Both the position numbers and the translations under genes were made by a program. This document shows positions 1 to 11,000 of a stretch of 64,000 bases of DNA, piece by piece (position 1 is the first letter of the stretch; every line of letters begins with the position of its first letter). The notes under the pieces were generated by a model. That model saw only the letters and a list, made by a program, of their open reading frames with translations. It did no database searches and was not told where the DNA came from. Source of the DNA: Azolla caroliniana (lineage: Eukaryota; Plantae; Polypodiophyta); assembly GCA_043228905.1 (NCBI GenBank), contig JBHGNT010000003.1, positions 22,196,001-22,260,000 of the forward strand, read 5' to 3'.

Positions 1-311
1 CAATGGCTATGCTTGGTATTAAATTAGTAATTCCACTCGCAGATGGTTTTGCAACGACATCACTTCCCCACTTTAAATTGCCAAAAGAGTATCTTATGAT
101 ATCTAATGCACTTGTATTCAAAACGGGTACATGTGCAACATCAAGTATTGCTCACTTGTCGCTGACATCAGTGTCTTTTAAAAAATGGCAAAAATGCTTG
201 GTTCTAATATTAAAGGATAAAATACAAGGGTGCAACAAACAAAATCATATATGATAGGTTCTTTCTCAAGTTGCATGTAGTAATCAAGTTGCATGGTTAT
301 GTGACCACCAC
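1..311 (+). pseudogene. C-terminal fragment of a TORNADO1-like Roco paralog (frameshifted; continues from upstream of the window)
   Basis: ORF 3..254 (LGIKLVIPLA..FKLPKEY..SSIAH..KWQKCLVLILKDK) aligns to the C-terminus of the 8092-12066 protein (LGINFVIPIA..LKLPKKY..SSISH..NWQKCLALILKDK). caagttgcatggttatgtgaccac = QVAWLCDH follows after a frameshift/stop. Confidence 0.85.
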
Positions 312-760
312 ATTAGATATCTTGCTAGGCTAAATTATATCTTGCTCATACAGGAGATTTGAACAAGAAAGGCATGATCTCATTTGTTTGAAATGCCTAG
401 TTTCAAATGTTGTTTATTGGACATTTCTATGTAATTCTTGACTAAACACATCCATGCTAACATATAGAAATCACTACTTTTGTCTGAATGGGTGAAGGTT
501 TTCCCTCCTAATTCAGTGATGTTTATGCTTATAAGAAAGGAAAATACATACCCCCCTCCCCTCGCCCCCTCAAATCTCACTAATGACTCTTGTTGACCCT
601 ACTCTCATGTACTACGTAGTTTGGTATGCACAAATCTATTTATTTCATGATCACATTAGCTATATTATCACAAAATTTGTGTGATATGCTAAAGAAGTTT
701 CACATCATATCGTTGGTTTTATTCTCAAATTGCTCAAAAGAGAACCTACCATAGTCTAGT

Positions 761-1593
761 TATGGTTTTATTCAACAATGTGTGAATAAGGAAATCATGT
801 GAGGAAAAGTAATGTTGCAATGCAGAAGGAAATGTGCTGAATAATAGGCCAAAAAAGTGGCACGAAATAACATCGGGATTCTAAAAGTATACAAGTAAGA
901 TAGATTTAGAACAAGACCCGAATCCCACACCCCATTTCTCATGTAATAAGAGAAAGCCCTAACTAGATTGATTTATCCATTTCACGTAATTCAGTCGGTT
1001 ACATGTTTTTCATAGCACCTTTCATGTCATGCCACATAAAGATGGATTACCTAAAATCAGTTGTGCCTTTTCTCATTTAGCATAGTGTTCAAACATTATT
1101 TTAGGTCATTTAGAGCCCATTCTGTGGCTCTAGATACATGTATACTTAGATATAGATTACCTAAACAATGGCACGTTTGGGTTGGGGCCAGTTTGGCCTC
1201 TGGCCTTTGTTTGTAAAGCTTTTTCTTTGTTTGTAGTTTTGTTGATTTCCATTTACGTTTTGTACGAAATCCTGTAAGGACTTGAAATCTCAATAGCACC
1301 ATTGTCTGAGGCTTTAAATGAGAATTCATATCCGAAATGCAAAAACTATCTCAGAAGAAAGTCATTGAAAACTTTGTCAAAGAACCGGCACTTTAGGCAT
1401 AGTTGGTACCGATGTTTACTGAGATTGGGAATCCCCACTTCGTGCTGATCGTATCGTATTGTCTTCGCTTATTGCAGCTGTGGTAATCGAGGCTTTGCTT
1501 TGTATGGTTTTATTCAGCAATGTGTGAATAAGGAAATCGTGTGAGGAAAAGTTAATGTAACAATGCAGGAAAGAAATGTGCTGAATAATAGGC
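761..1593. repeat. Pair of ~90-bp imperfect direct repeats (761-849 and 1503-1593), probably a TE/LTR remnant
   Basis: tatggttttattca(a/g)caatgtgtgaataaggaaatc(a/g)tgtgaggaaaag...gtgctgaataataggc occurs twice, ~740 bp apart. Confidence 0.75.
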
Positions 1594-2393
1594 AATAATC
1601 AGATGGCAAATCTGAATCGAAGATAGGTACCTAAACGATTAAAAATGAACATAATCAACTAGAATATATTAACAGTGTTCAAGTTCAACAAACACAGATT
1701 TTGGGTTCAAAAACATACAATGAAAATAGACATAGGGTGATTGCAGGTGGCAGTTAAGGCAATAATAGAAAATCTTGAATGGCAATGGGGATGTCTAATG
1801 TTTCTATGCTCTGAGCCTCTGAAGAGAAACAAATTAGCCTTGTTGGGAACACCCACATGTCCATAATACATCACCAGGTAGGGAGTTGCATCATATATTG
1901 AAGAGACATTGAAAATATAGGATCTCCACATAAGATAGGAATGAAATTATTCAAAGGCCATATATAGAGACAACCAAAATACAGAGTTGTGAGAATCTCA
2001 TCAAATTTTGATAAAAAGAAGTGGAAATCGGCACTGTAGGGAAGTTCGTGAAGTAAAATGTGCACAATTCTCAATAACCACCATTGTTTGTGTCACTTCC
2101 AGTGTCCACTTCTAAGGTATCCTTTTCATAGTAGTAAATTAATAATAATAGATTTCTTTTCTCCATTTCTATCCATCAGAGTTCAACAGATGACAAGGCA
2201 GGTCACAACAAAATCACCATAGAAAAAAGATACAGAACTTTGCTGTCAAAACAAGCCCAATACCTCATTATCTTAGACTCAAATTTGCTTGTCACAGAAG
2301 GTAGATGCTATGTTATTCTAGCCCCATTGTTTAGCACATTAAATGAGGTACTTTCTGAGGGAAAACCTCAGTTTCTGAGTTACGTTTTGAGGG

Positions 2394-2685
2394 AATTTCT
2401 CTAAGGTCGCCATGTCTCATAACGCATGGTTGGAGGAGGTGAAAGATATATCATATAATGTTGATGATGGATGATGCCAATAAATACGAGCAACATGAAT
2501 GTCATTCTAGTGTGACAATGACTGACTTGGCAAAAAGCGACGATTTAGAGAAGGGGGGCCAGAAACAATTGACATCAAAGAGGATGAATGTTGCAAGAGA
2601 AGAGTAACGGAGATTACACAGGCCTTAGAACCCAAATTTAATTTAGTGAAAGAAATGGTTGCTGCCAATCATGGAGAGATCATAA
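2394..2685 (+). pseudogene. Internal (post-COR / coiled-coil) fragment of a Roco paralog
   Basis: Encodes AWLEEVKDI..ECHSSVTMTDL..EDECCKR..ITQALEPKFNLVKEMVAANH, matching the intact ORF; contains frameshifts. Confidence 0.85.
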
Positions 2686-2824
2686 GGACAAGATAGAATA
2701 ATCTATACTTTTTCACACCCACACCCACACACTCTGAATATTCTCTTCATTTAATTGGTTTGGTTGAATCCCAAATCAGTGATTATTATTATGATTATTC
2801 ATACAAACTGCTAGTATCAATTAC

Positions 2825-2997
2825 ATGGGCACTGCTTCATCCCAGCATCATCATCAGAACCAGGATGTAGAAGTCGCGACCATCACCAGCGCTCTCATCA
2901 ATTGGAGGCCGTATGAATACGGGGACAGACTAAATTTCTGGCATCCTGACGGGGAAGCAGAACGAGATTGCGGAATCAAAGGCATCATGCTTGATTT
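2825..2997 (+). pseudogene. N-terminal fragment of a Roco paralog, interrupted by the copia element
   Basis: MGTASSQHHHQN..WHPDGE..IMLDL versus MAASSAPQHHEN..WHPAQE..MMLDL in the intact ORF; preceded by the conserved Roco 5' leader (ttggttgaatcccaaatcagtgattatt...aattacATG). Confidence 0.75.
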
Positions 2998-2998
2998 A

Positions 2999-5175
2999 TG
3001 TTTTCTAGCCACATTTTTTAGTGTGTAAATGGGCCCTGGGCGCCCAAAACTTATATTTTTCAATAATGTGAAAAGGGGGCCACACTTAGATGTAGTTGGT
3101 ACATCTATATGTACTCACTTTTGAAAGTAAGTTAAAACTTAAAAGAGAAAAACGGGCATTTTCCTGTTACATAAGAAAAAAACAGATATTTGAGAGCTCA
3201 TAGTCTCTTTCTTAGCCTGTTCATCCAGCGCTCTTTGTTACACCATTAAACGCCGACGTTTTAGACATCACCGCCTCCTTCATCAGCTACGTGTTGTGAG
3301 TTATTGTGTCTTTTAGTTGGGTTTAGTTGTTAAGGAAATCTCACATTCATTTCTTTCTCATAGTAAGCTAATTTGTTTAGAGTAGAACTTTGGTGTACAA
3401 GTTTTACGTTGAAAGTGAATTATTTTTGGACTAGGTCCCGTGGTTTGTACCTCTTTGAGGGTTTTCCATTTAAAATTTGTGGTGTATTGTGCATAGTTTT
3501 TGTTGTGTATATTGTTGCTTTCTTTGAGTAATCTTGCAGAACATAATCTTTGTCTCACGTAAGTGATTAAGTGTTATTAAGTTCCCAATCAAGTGTTATC
3601 AGAGCTGAGGTTTAGCACTTTGTTATGGAGGCGAATTATTCCACAATGGTTTGCTTGAATGGCACTAACTACCATAAATGGAAAGGTAAGATGAAAGATC
3701 TTCTTTTTGTGAAAAATCTACACTTACCTGTTTTCGCAGCCACTAAACTAGAGAGCAAAACCACCGAGGAATGGTTTTTCGAGAACCAACAGGTATGTGC
3801 TTTTATTCGACAATGGGTAGGAGATAATGTCTTAAACCATATTGTGAATGAAACGGATGCCAAAGTTCTATGGAACAAACTCGAAACATTGTATGCATCG
3901 AAGACACTAAACAATAAGTTGTTTTTTATTAAACAAGCGAAGAGTTTAGTGTATAAAGAAGGTAGTTCCATCTCAGATCATTTAAGTGAATTTCAAGGAT
4001 GTTTCAACCAACTTTTTGATATGGGAGTGAAATTGGATGATAAGATTCTTGCATTATGGTTGTTAAACACTCTTCCTGATTCATGGGAAATTTTTAGGGT
4101 ATCTTTAGTTAATGCAGCTCCAAACAGAATTCTGACTACGGAATATGTCAAGAATGGTATTCTAAGCGAGGAGATGCAACGAAGGACACAAGGGAGAGGG
4201 AGGAGTAAACATACAAGCCAAGGTCAAAACAACCGAGGGAGGATTAGAAGTAAATCAAAACCCAGGTATAAAGATCTAGAATGTCATTTTTGTGGTAAAA
4301 TAGGACACATAAAGAGGTACTGTTACAAATGGAAAAAGGAGAACCACACATCTAATGGTAAGCATCAAAAGAAAGGTAACACTGATAATTCTAATCGTGT
4401 TAATACAACTTCCTCACATGATTTACTCATTGTTTATGATGAAAACCTAATTAATCTTGCTTACAATGAAACTAATTGGGTTGTTGATAGTGCAGCATCG
4501 TTCCATGTCACATCTAGAAGGGAATTTTTTACTTCTTATACTTCAGGGGATTTTGGAGTTTTGAAGATGGGCAATGATGACCTTTCAAAGGTGGTAGGCA
4601 CCGGGACTATTTGTTTGGAGACCAACATGGGATTGAAATTGATCCTCAAGGAGGTAAGACATGTACCTGACATTCGTTTACATCTCATCTCCACTGGCAG
4701 GTTAGATGATGATGGCTATTGCAACATTTTTAATGAGGGGCAATGGGTGCTCACTAAGGGCTCATTGGTTGTAGCTCAGGGTAAGAAATGCTCTAGTTTG
4801 TATTTATTACAAGCATCTATCTCCACTAATCTTGTGAATGCAGTTGAAAGCAACAATATGTCAGAGTTATGACATAAAAGGTTGTCTCACATTAGTGAGA
4901 AGGGACTTGATTGCTTAGCAAAGAGAAACTTGCTTTCAAGTCTAAAAGATACGAAGTTAGACGTGTGCAATCATTGTGTGGTAGGAAAACAAAGAAGAGT
5001 CTCGTTCAAACATCATTCTTCTTAAAGAAAGGAAGAGGTACTTGAGTTAGTACATTCGGATGTTTGTGGTGCTTTAAAGGTAAAGGCAATAGGTGGTGCA
5101 CTCTACTTTGTTACTTTTCTTGATGATTATTCTAGGAAACTTTGGGTTCGAACATTGAAAACTAAGGATCAGATA
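2999..5175 (+). mobile_element. 3'-truncated Ty1/copia LTR retrotransposon (5' LTR ~2999-3591, PBS 3594-3605, gag-protease-start of integrase)
   Basis: LTR ends ...cccaatCA, followed by tgttatcagagc (one mismatch to the tRNA-iMet PBS tggtatcagagc), then the gag-pol ORF. After the TGA at 4870 the frame continues HKRLSHISEKG..C..C..GKQ..LELVHSDVCG..YFVTFLDDYSRK and then breaks off. LTR start is approximate. Confidence 0.9.
3625..4872 (+). CDS. Copia gag-protease polyprotein fragment (premature stop)
   Basis: LNGTNYHKWKGKMKDLL gag N-terminus, CCHC zinc knuckle CHFCGKIGHIKRYC, protease motif WVVDSAASFH; the stop replaces the Trp of the LWHxRL pre-integrase motif. Confidence 0.9.
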   Translation: MEANYSTMVCLNGTNYHKWKGKMKDLLFVKNLHLPVFAATKLESKTTEEWFFENQQVCAFIRQWVGDNVLNHIVNETDAKVLWNKLETLYASKTLNNKLFFIKQAKSLVYKEGSSISDHLSEFQGCFNQLFDMGVKLDDKILALWLLNTLPDSWEIFRVSLVNAAPNRILTTEYVKNGILSEEMQRRTQGRGRSKHTSQGQNNRGRIRSKSKPRYKDLECHFCGKIGHIKRYCYKWKKENHTSNGKHQKKGNTDNSNRVNTTSSHDLLIVYDENLINLAYNETNWVVDSAASFHVTSRREFFTSYTSGDFGVLKMGNDDLSKVVGTGTICLETNMGLKLILKEVRHVPDIRLHLISTGRLDDDGYCNIFNEGQWVLTKGSLVVAQGKKCSSLYLLQASISTNLVNAVESNNMSEL

Positions 5176-5313
5176 TCTATATGGTATATATATATTGCTT
5201 TAGATGATGCTATCTTAAAAACATCTCCTAGATATGGTGTATAGATGATGCTTTAGAATTTCCATGGCTAGTTATCTTTATGTTACATGATTTTGTTTCT
5301 TGTTGCTTTAGGG

Positions 5314-6701
5314 ACAGGATTCGTCAATCAACACAGTGCATATGCATATGCAGAGAGGGAGAGGCAGGGGCTATTGAATGATGGTCAGTATTTTATTAAT
5401 TGAGACGTGGTAAAATGTGTGATTCTGAGGATTGCATTCTCATTCGTTGTTATTTATATGCAGAATTCTCAACCACGTAATAAATTTGCTGAAGACATTG
5501 ATTTTATGGCAATGGACGAAAAGTTTAATAAAGATGAAGTTTGGGGAGAGCTAGCAAAGGCTGGTGTAGAGGAGATATGGGAGTAATATCACCATGAAGA
5601 GGAGGATGTCTCTCATGTTGTAATATTCCTCCTTTTGATGATGTCGTTTTACCTTACAGTCATTTCTTAAAATATTTAGGATCTTCATTGGTTCGAAATA
5701 TAGACCGGCCTGAGTAGAGCTCAAGTAAATATTATACATGAATGTCATAAGCTGCCTTAATTTTGGATGGCATCGGAGATCCCTCCATCGAACTTCGTTT
5801 TCTGATAAAACTTGATTTTTTTGTCCATAGTGCTAAATATGGTTGGCACCATTTTATTGGTTGCCATCCCCCATTTCTAATATGTTCGGAGTCCTAGAAA
5901 AACTTGATGATTAAGCGAAGCATGGTATTAGTGTCTTGTTATGGTGCTAGAGTCTTTTAAAATTTCTAAGTGTCAATGGAGGAACATATGTAATTTTGTA
6001 CAAATCAGGCAAACCTGCATTGGAATTCGTTTAATAACACCTTAATGTTTTGTTCCAGCCTGCTGCCTATGTGAAGGATGGTTTCTTTGATTCTCTATCA
6101 TCCAATAACTTTCTTAGAGCTTTAGCTATCTGTGTCTTTAATTAAAGCTATTAATAATTGTTATAAAAAAATAAAAATTTGGGTGAGAGGTTTAGTATTT
6201 TTACCAAGGTTACTATTGATGCTTCTGCAAATTGCAATGTTATAGCTGCTATAACTTTTATATAAGATGTGTTTTTTATATGCAAAAACCCAGGGGTATT
6301 TGCTGAAATAATAACTGCCCATGGGCATTTCTTAATATGAAGAAAAGATCAGGGGTATTTCGTTGGTTTTTTTCTTTTTTGTTTTTCATATGAAAAATGT
6401 GTTACAGAAAGACCTGCACAACCCATGGATGTCCCTCAATTTGAATTCTTTCAATGAATGTCTACTACTGTCTGATCTTTCTCTCACTCCCTGAAACTGG
6501 GATTTAAGTAAAATAAAATGCCAATTTGAGATTAGAAAATAAAAGGAATAATCCAGTTTAACACTTTTATTTTTGAACCAGACCTTCGGTAAATTCTCTG
6601 TAAAACATCATGGTGGGCATGGTGGCTTCCGAGGTGGAAATAGAGGAGGCTTCTATGGAGGACGAGGAAGAAGTACCTCATGGTATCCACAATCTTACTA
6701 A
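5314..6701 (+). pseudogene. DCP5: 3' fragment of a DCP5/LSM14 (decapping 5) gene retaining introns
   Basis: AG-flanked exons: 5464.. NSQPRNKFAEDIDFMAMDEKFNKDEVWGELAK (FDF domain, then in-frame TAA); 6059.. PAAYVKDGFFDSLS (FFD box); 6582..6701 TFGKFS..GGFRGGNRGGFYGGRGR (TFG box + RGG tail). No LSM domain seen upstream, where the copia element lies. Confidence 0.8.
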
Positions 6702-8091
6702 CGCATGCAACCAATTACAGCGCATTACCACATCTTACTTTGAAATTTCAGCAACATGATTTCACTAATTTCCTTTGTTTACATTTCACTTTTCTTTTTG
6801 AACTATTATGATTTAGGCTTTTTGGTTCGTCATGATTTTAGCTCATGGAACTTTTTTTTGTGTTTGTCATGATGTTAATCTCCATGACCTCTAGTAACTA
6901 TTCTGCTGTAGTCTTTTGGATTTGCAAATAGGGGCTGTTTATAATAGTTTTTTTCAGGTGGGTGTTTTTCCTCTTACCAGATAAAAGTCAGATCTAAGTT
7001 TTGATCTCCCTTGGCCATGTTTTATGGCCAGCCTAAAGAAGAGTGATAACTTGAGTTTCTCTTAATCAAGTTGTTGAGCTTTCAGGTCTGGCAAAGACTT
7101 GTCAGAAATATGATTCACCTACCTATTGTTTAGGTATTGTGTAAACTGTTTAAAGAGCAGGGTCACAGTGAATATTGTGCTTCTGCAATATAAACGAATC
7201 AAAAGATTACGTATTTGTTTTTTGTTTGTTAATTTTTCCATTTGTTAATCACTGAGAATTTAATTCTGTGAGGTAATTGTAGATCGTAGTGACCTCAGCT
7301 TTATCTCAGGTAGAAACTATGTTCAAGGTGAAAAACTTTTCAGGAATATGGAAGTGTGAAGCTAATGACATGGGTTACCATTGAACAATAAATATTGAAA
7401 TACTAAGATGTTTCTGTAATATGTTAATGAGAAAGATGGTACGACTGGAGGTTAGTTATAGTTTGTTAGATGTCTGTTTGGAGGGTGAATGTTTCAATCT
7501 GATGTGTAAAGTCTATCCAAGATGAAGCTCTTTCAGGAATGTGAGCATACATGTATCAAAGTGTGAAGCTAATGTAGCAGGGTAGCAGAATAGTAAATGT
7601 TGAAATACCCAAATGCTTGTGTAGTTACTAGTATATCAATTAGAAAGATTATATGGCAATAGGTTTTAGTTTGTTTCATTCCTCTCGTTTATTCATTGGT
7701 TTTGTTTATTGATTACTCTCAAATGTGGTCATACTGTTAAACTTCAATATAAATATGGATTAAATTATAACGACTCTTGACTTTTAGTAACCTGACTTAA
7801 TAACACTGTTAACAATTACTCGAAGCAACCCATGAAGGGGTCTAAAAGTCCCCTGACAACATCCTGCTTTCCAATCCGATTGTGAGTAAAAAACCTCCAA
7901 CCGTTCCAAGTAAAAAACAAAATCATCGTTTTATTGTAACGCAAAAGTAATTGCTTACATAAATAAGCATGCAAGCGTTTAATCAAGAATTACAGAGAAA
8001 TTTCCATTAACATTTGCAAGTCCTACGCATTTCAAACCAATGGGATCCTTCTTGCCTTTTGTTTTTCAAAGCTCCTTGAGTAGGACAGAAT

Positions 8092-11000
8092 TTAATCTAG
8101 TGGGAATGGTGTCTGTTCTCGATAGTGTTTGTCACATAACCATGCGACTTGAATATTACTACCTTCTTCCTTGTAGGTGACACGCTTGAGCTGAAAGTTA
8201 TCGAATATGATTTCGTTTGTGACACCTCCATATTTGTCCTTCAATATTAATGCCAAGCATTTCTGCCAATTCTTGGATGACTGCAATATTGTTGGCCGGA
8301 CATGAGAGATGCTTGATGATGGTGCAGGTAAAGGGTACTTTTTTGGCAATTTAAGTTGGGCAAGTGAAAGATCTTGTGTAAAAGCACCTGCAATGGGAAT
8401 CACAAAGTTAATGCCGAGCTTAGCAGCTGTAGTCAATATCCAAACTAAACCATTAACATATGGAAGAGCTCTCTCCAGCCCCTCTCTAAGAGGCTCTGAG
8501 AAAGAGGTAATTGTGATGCCACGTTGGTTTTCCACTGGGTGGGGGGACATTCTGTCCTCGCAACAGAGCTGGACTCTTATAGATGAAACATGGCCTCCTG
8601 ATACTGTAGTCACCAGCTTCCTTATATTGTTCACACCATCACTAGTAAGGATGACGAAACGAGGTAGCTGCTTCTCAGCCTCAGCTTCCATGACAAAGTT
8701 TAGTAACTTGTCTATAGCTTTTTGAACCTTGCTCAGCACATCTTCCCTCATATCTTTAAGGTCACTATGTATTTCTTCCAATTTCTTACGCATGCTTAAG
8801 ATCTGCTGATAATTGGCAGCAACCATTTCCTTCACCAAATTAAATTCGGGTTTTAGGGCCCGTGTAATCTTCTCCGTAATCTCCTCAGTTATTGTTCTCT
8901 TGCTATATTCATCCTCTTGCATTTCTACATCTTGGCTATTTTTCAAGTTAGTCATGGATACACTACAATGACTTTCCTTCTGCTTGTATCCATTGACATC
9001 ATCCATCTCCGACAATATATCTTTCACTTCCTCCAGCCATGCTTTACAAGGCATGATGACCTCCGAATAATTCTTGGAACCAAGGATATCAATGAATGAG
9101 TTTGTTGTACATGTATCCATATACTTGCTTTTCTTCCAAACATGACATTCTTGCTTACCTTGCTCAAGTTGCCTCCTTAACTTTTGTTTCAAAGTAATCA
9201 TTTTTACGCATTGATCTTCTCTATGTTCAGCCTTTGATGGGTCATGGAAGGAGTCAGGTCGAATAACACTCTCGATCAACTTAACCCCTTGGATGCCAGT
9301 AGGTTGCGCACATATTTTGATCAAATGGTTGATGACATTCTCTTCAACATAGTCTAAATTGCTTTCCACGTATGATTGTTGAGTATTAGGATTTGCCGCT
9401 CGAACTAACACATCTATCACATGGTCCGATTTTGCTTTACAGAACACCACAATGATCTCCATGTTTTGCATATAGATGGAAATGAAATCTTTACTAAGGT
9501 TGATTTCGGCATTTTCCTCTTCTTGGAAAATATTGTTAAATACCACTTGAATCATTGGGAATAAACCTGGTGTAAGGAAGGTGAGGTTTGCGTTTTCACA
9601 TTCTATTCTTCTACCCATATATACATATGGATTACAACCATCTAAAGTGCTTGTGTCTAAGGTTCTCCATTTGAGTTGTTGATCCATACCATCAAAAAGT
9701 CGTCCTCCGATGGGATTTAAATTCAATGTGGCTGGGATAAAGAGCCTATCCTCGTTCCTAGTTGACTTGTCATGGTTATTCGGGACTCTACAACAAAGGT
9801 GCATTGCTTCCATCAAATCTACCAACAAAGACCCCTTCACTTCATCTTTGGTGACAAGTTCTAACATGTCTTCTAGGAAACGTCGATTTGTAAATCCATT
9901 AATTTTCATGGTATTCGAATTTTCCTTGCGATCTCGAAAATGAATCAAGCTTCCCATGATTTTATTGCAAAACCAGTTGGGGTCAAGAACAATATGTGAT
10001 ATATTGTTTACATATATGATGATCCCCGACTCATTTAAAGACGAGGCGATTCCTCGTACTATTTTGGCCTCATCCTCATTCAAAATGGGAGGTATTATAG
10101 GCTTGCAAATTTCACTAAACTTGGACCATGGAATGATTCGTTGGTTTGATGTCTCTAAATGCTTTGATAGATTTTGGCCTACCTCTGTGCAGATATCATA
10201 AACCATAACGCCTTCGAGCATTTGCTCGGCGATACCAAAGATATGTTGGGAGAGACATTTAACTGAATCCATGTTTCTTGCATCCACTTCGAAAGTGGTG
10301 TCGTCTATCTGAATGATCTCTTTGAACTCGGATCGAAGAGAACCAATTGTATTTGACATGGCACTTGCAATGAGCTTCATTTGATCGGTGCGGGTGAATA
10401 CGACAATCACTTTAACAGGAGTGTTGGATTTGCGAGATTTGGAGGCAAGGAACTTGAGCCAATACTTGAAGCTCACTTCAAATTCTTGCTCTGTTTTCGC
10501 TTCTGGCCCTGCTCTACTGTTTTTGCTCTTCCTGGGACTCCACACAAACATGAACAATGATGGGGCCTGGTAAGAGCTGGATGCAATGTCTGGGAGCATA
10601 CAGTCATGGAATGCGTGGAATTCTTCTTGACCTGCCATGTCCCACAACGAGAGCCGAATTCTATCGTTTTGTATGGCCCGAACCTCGATTCCTTCCGTGC
10701 GATCCATGGTCTCGATTAATCTGCCTCGACCCGTCAGAAGCCCTTTTAACTTGTCTCTCTTGCGCTGCCTTGCATGGATGGAATGCATGGTGGATAGCAG
10801 GGTAGTCTTCCCCGCATATGCATCTCCACAGATGAACAGTCGCATGGACTTGGCGGGAACTTTCTCAAGATCTCCCAACATGAACAGGCTCCGATTCCTC
10901 TTGAGCTGGGCTTCAATGGCAGGATCCATCTTCTTCTTGATGTGCGTCGTCATTCTCTGAAGATCCACTGTATCCAGGTAATCCATCTGGTAATCTATCT

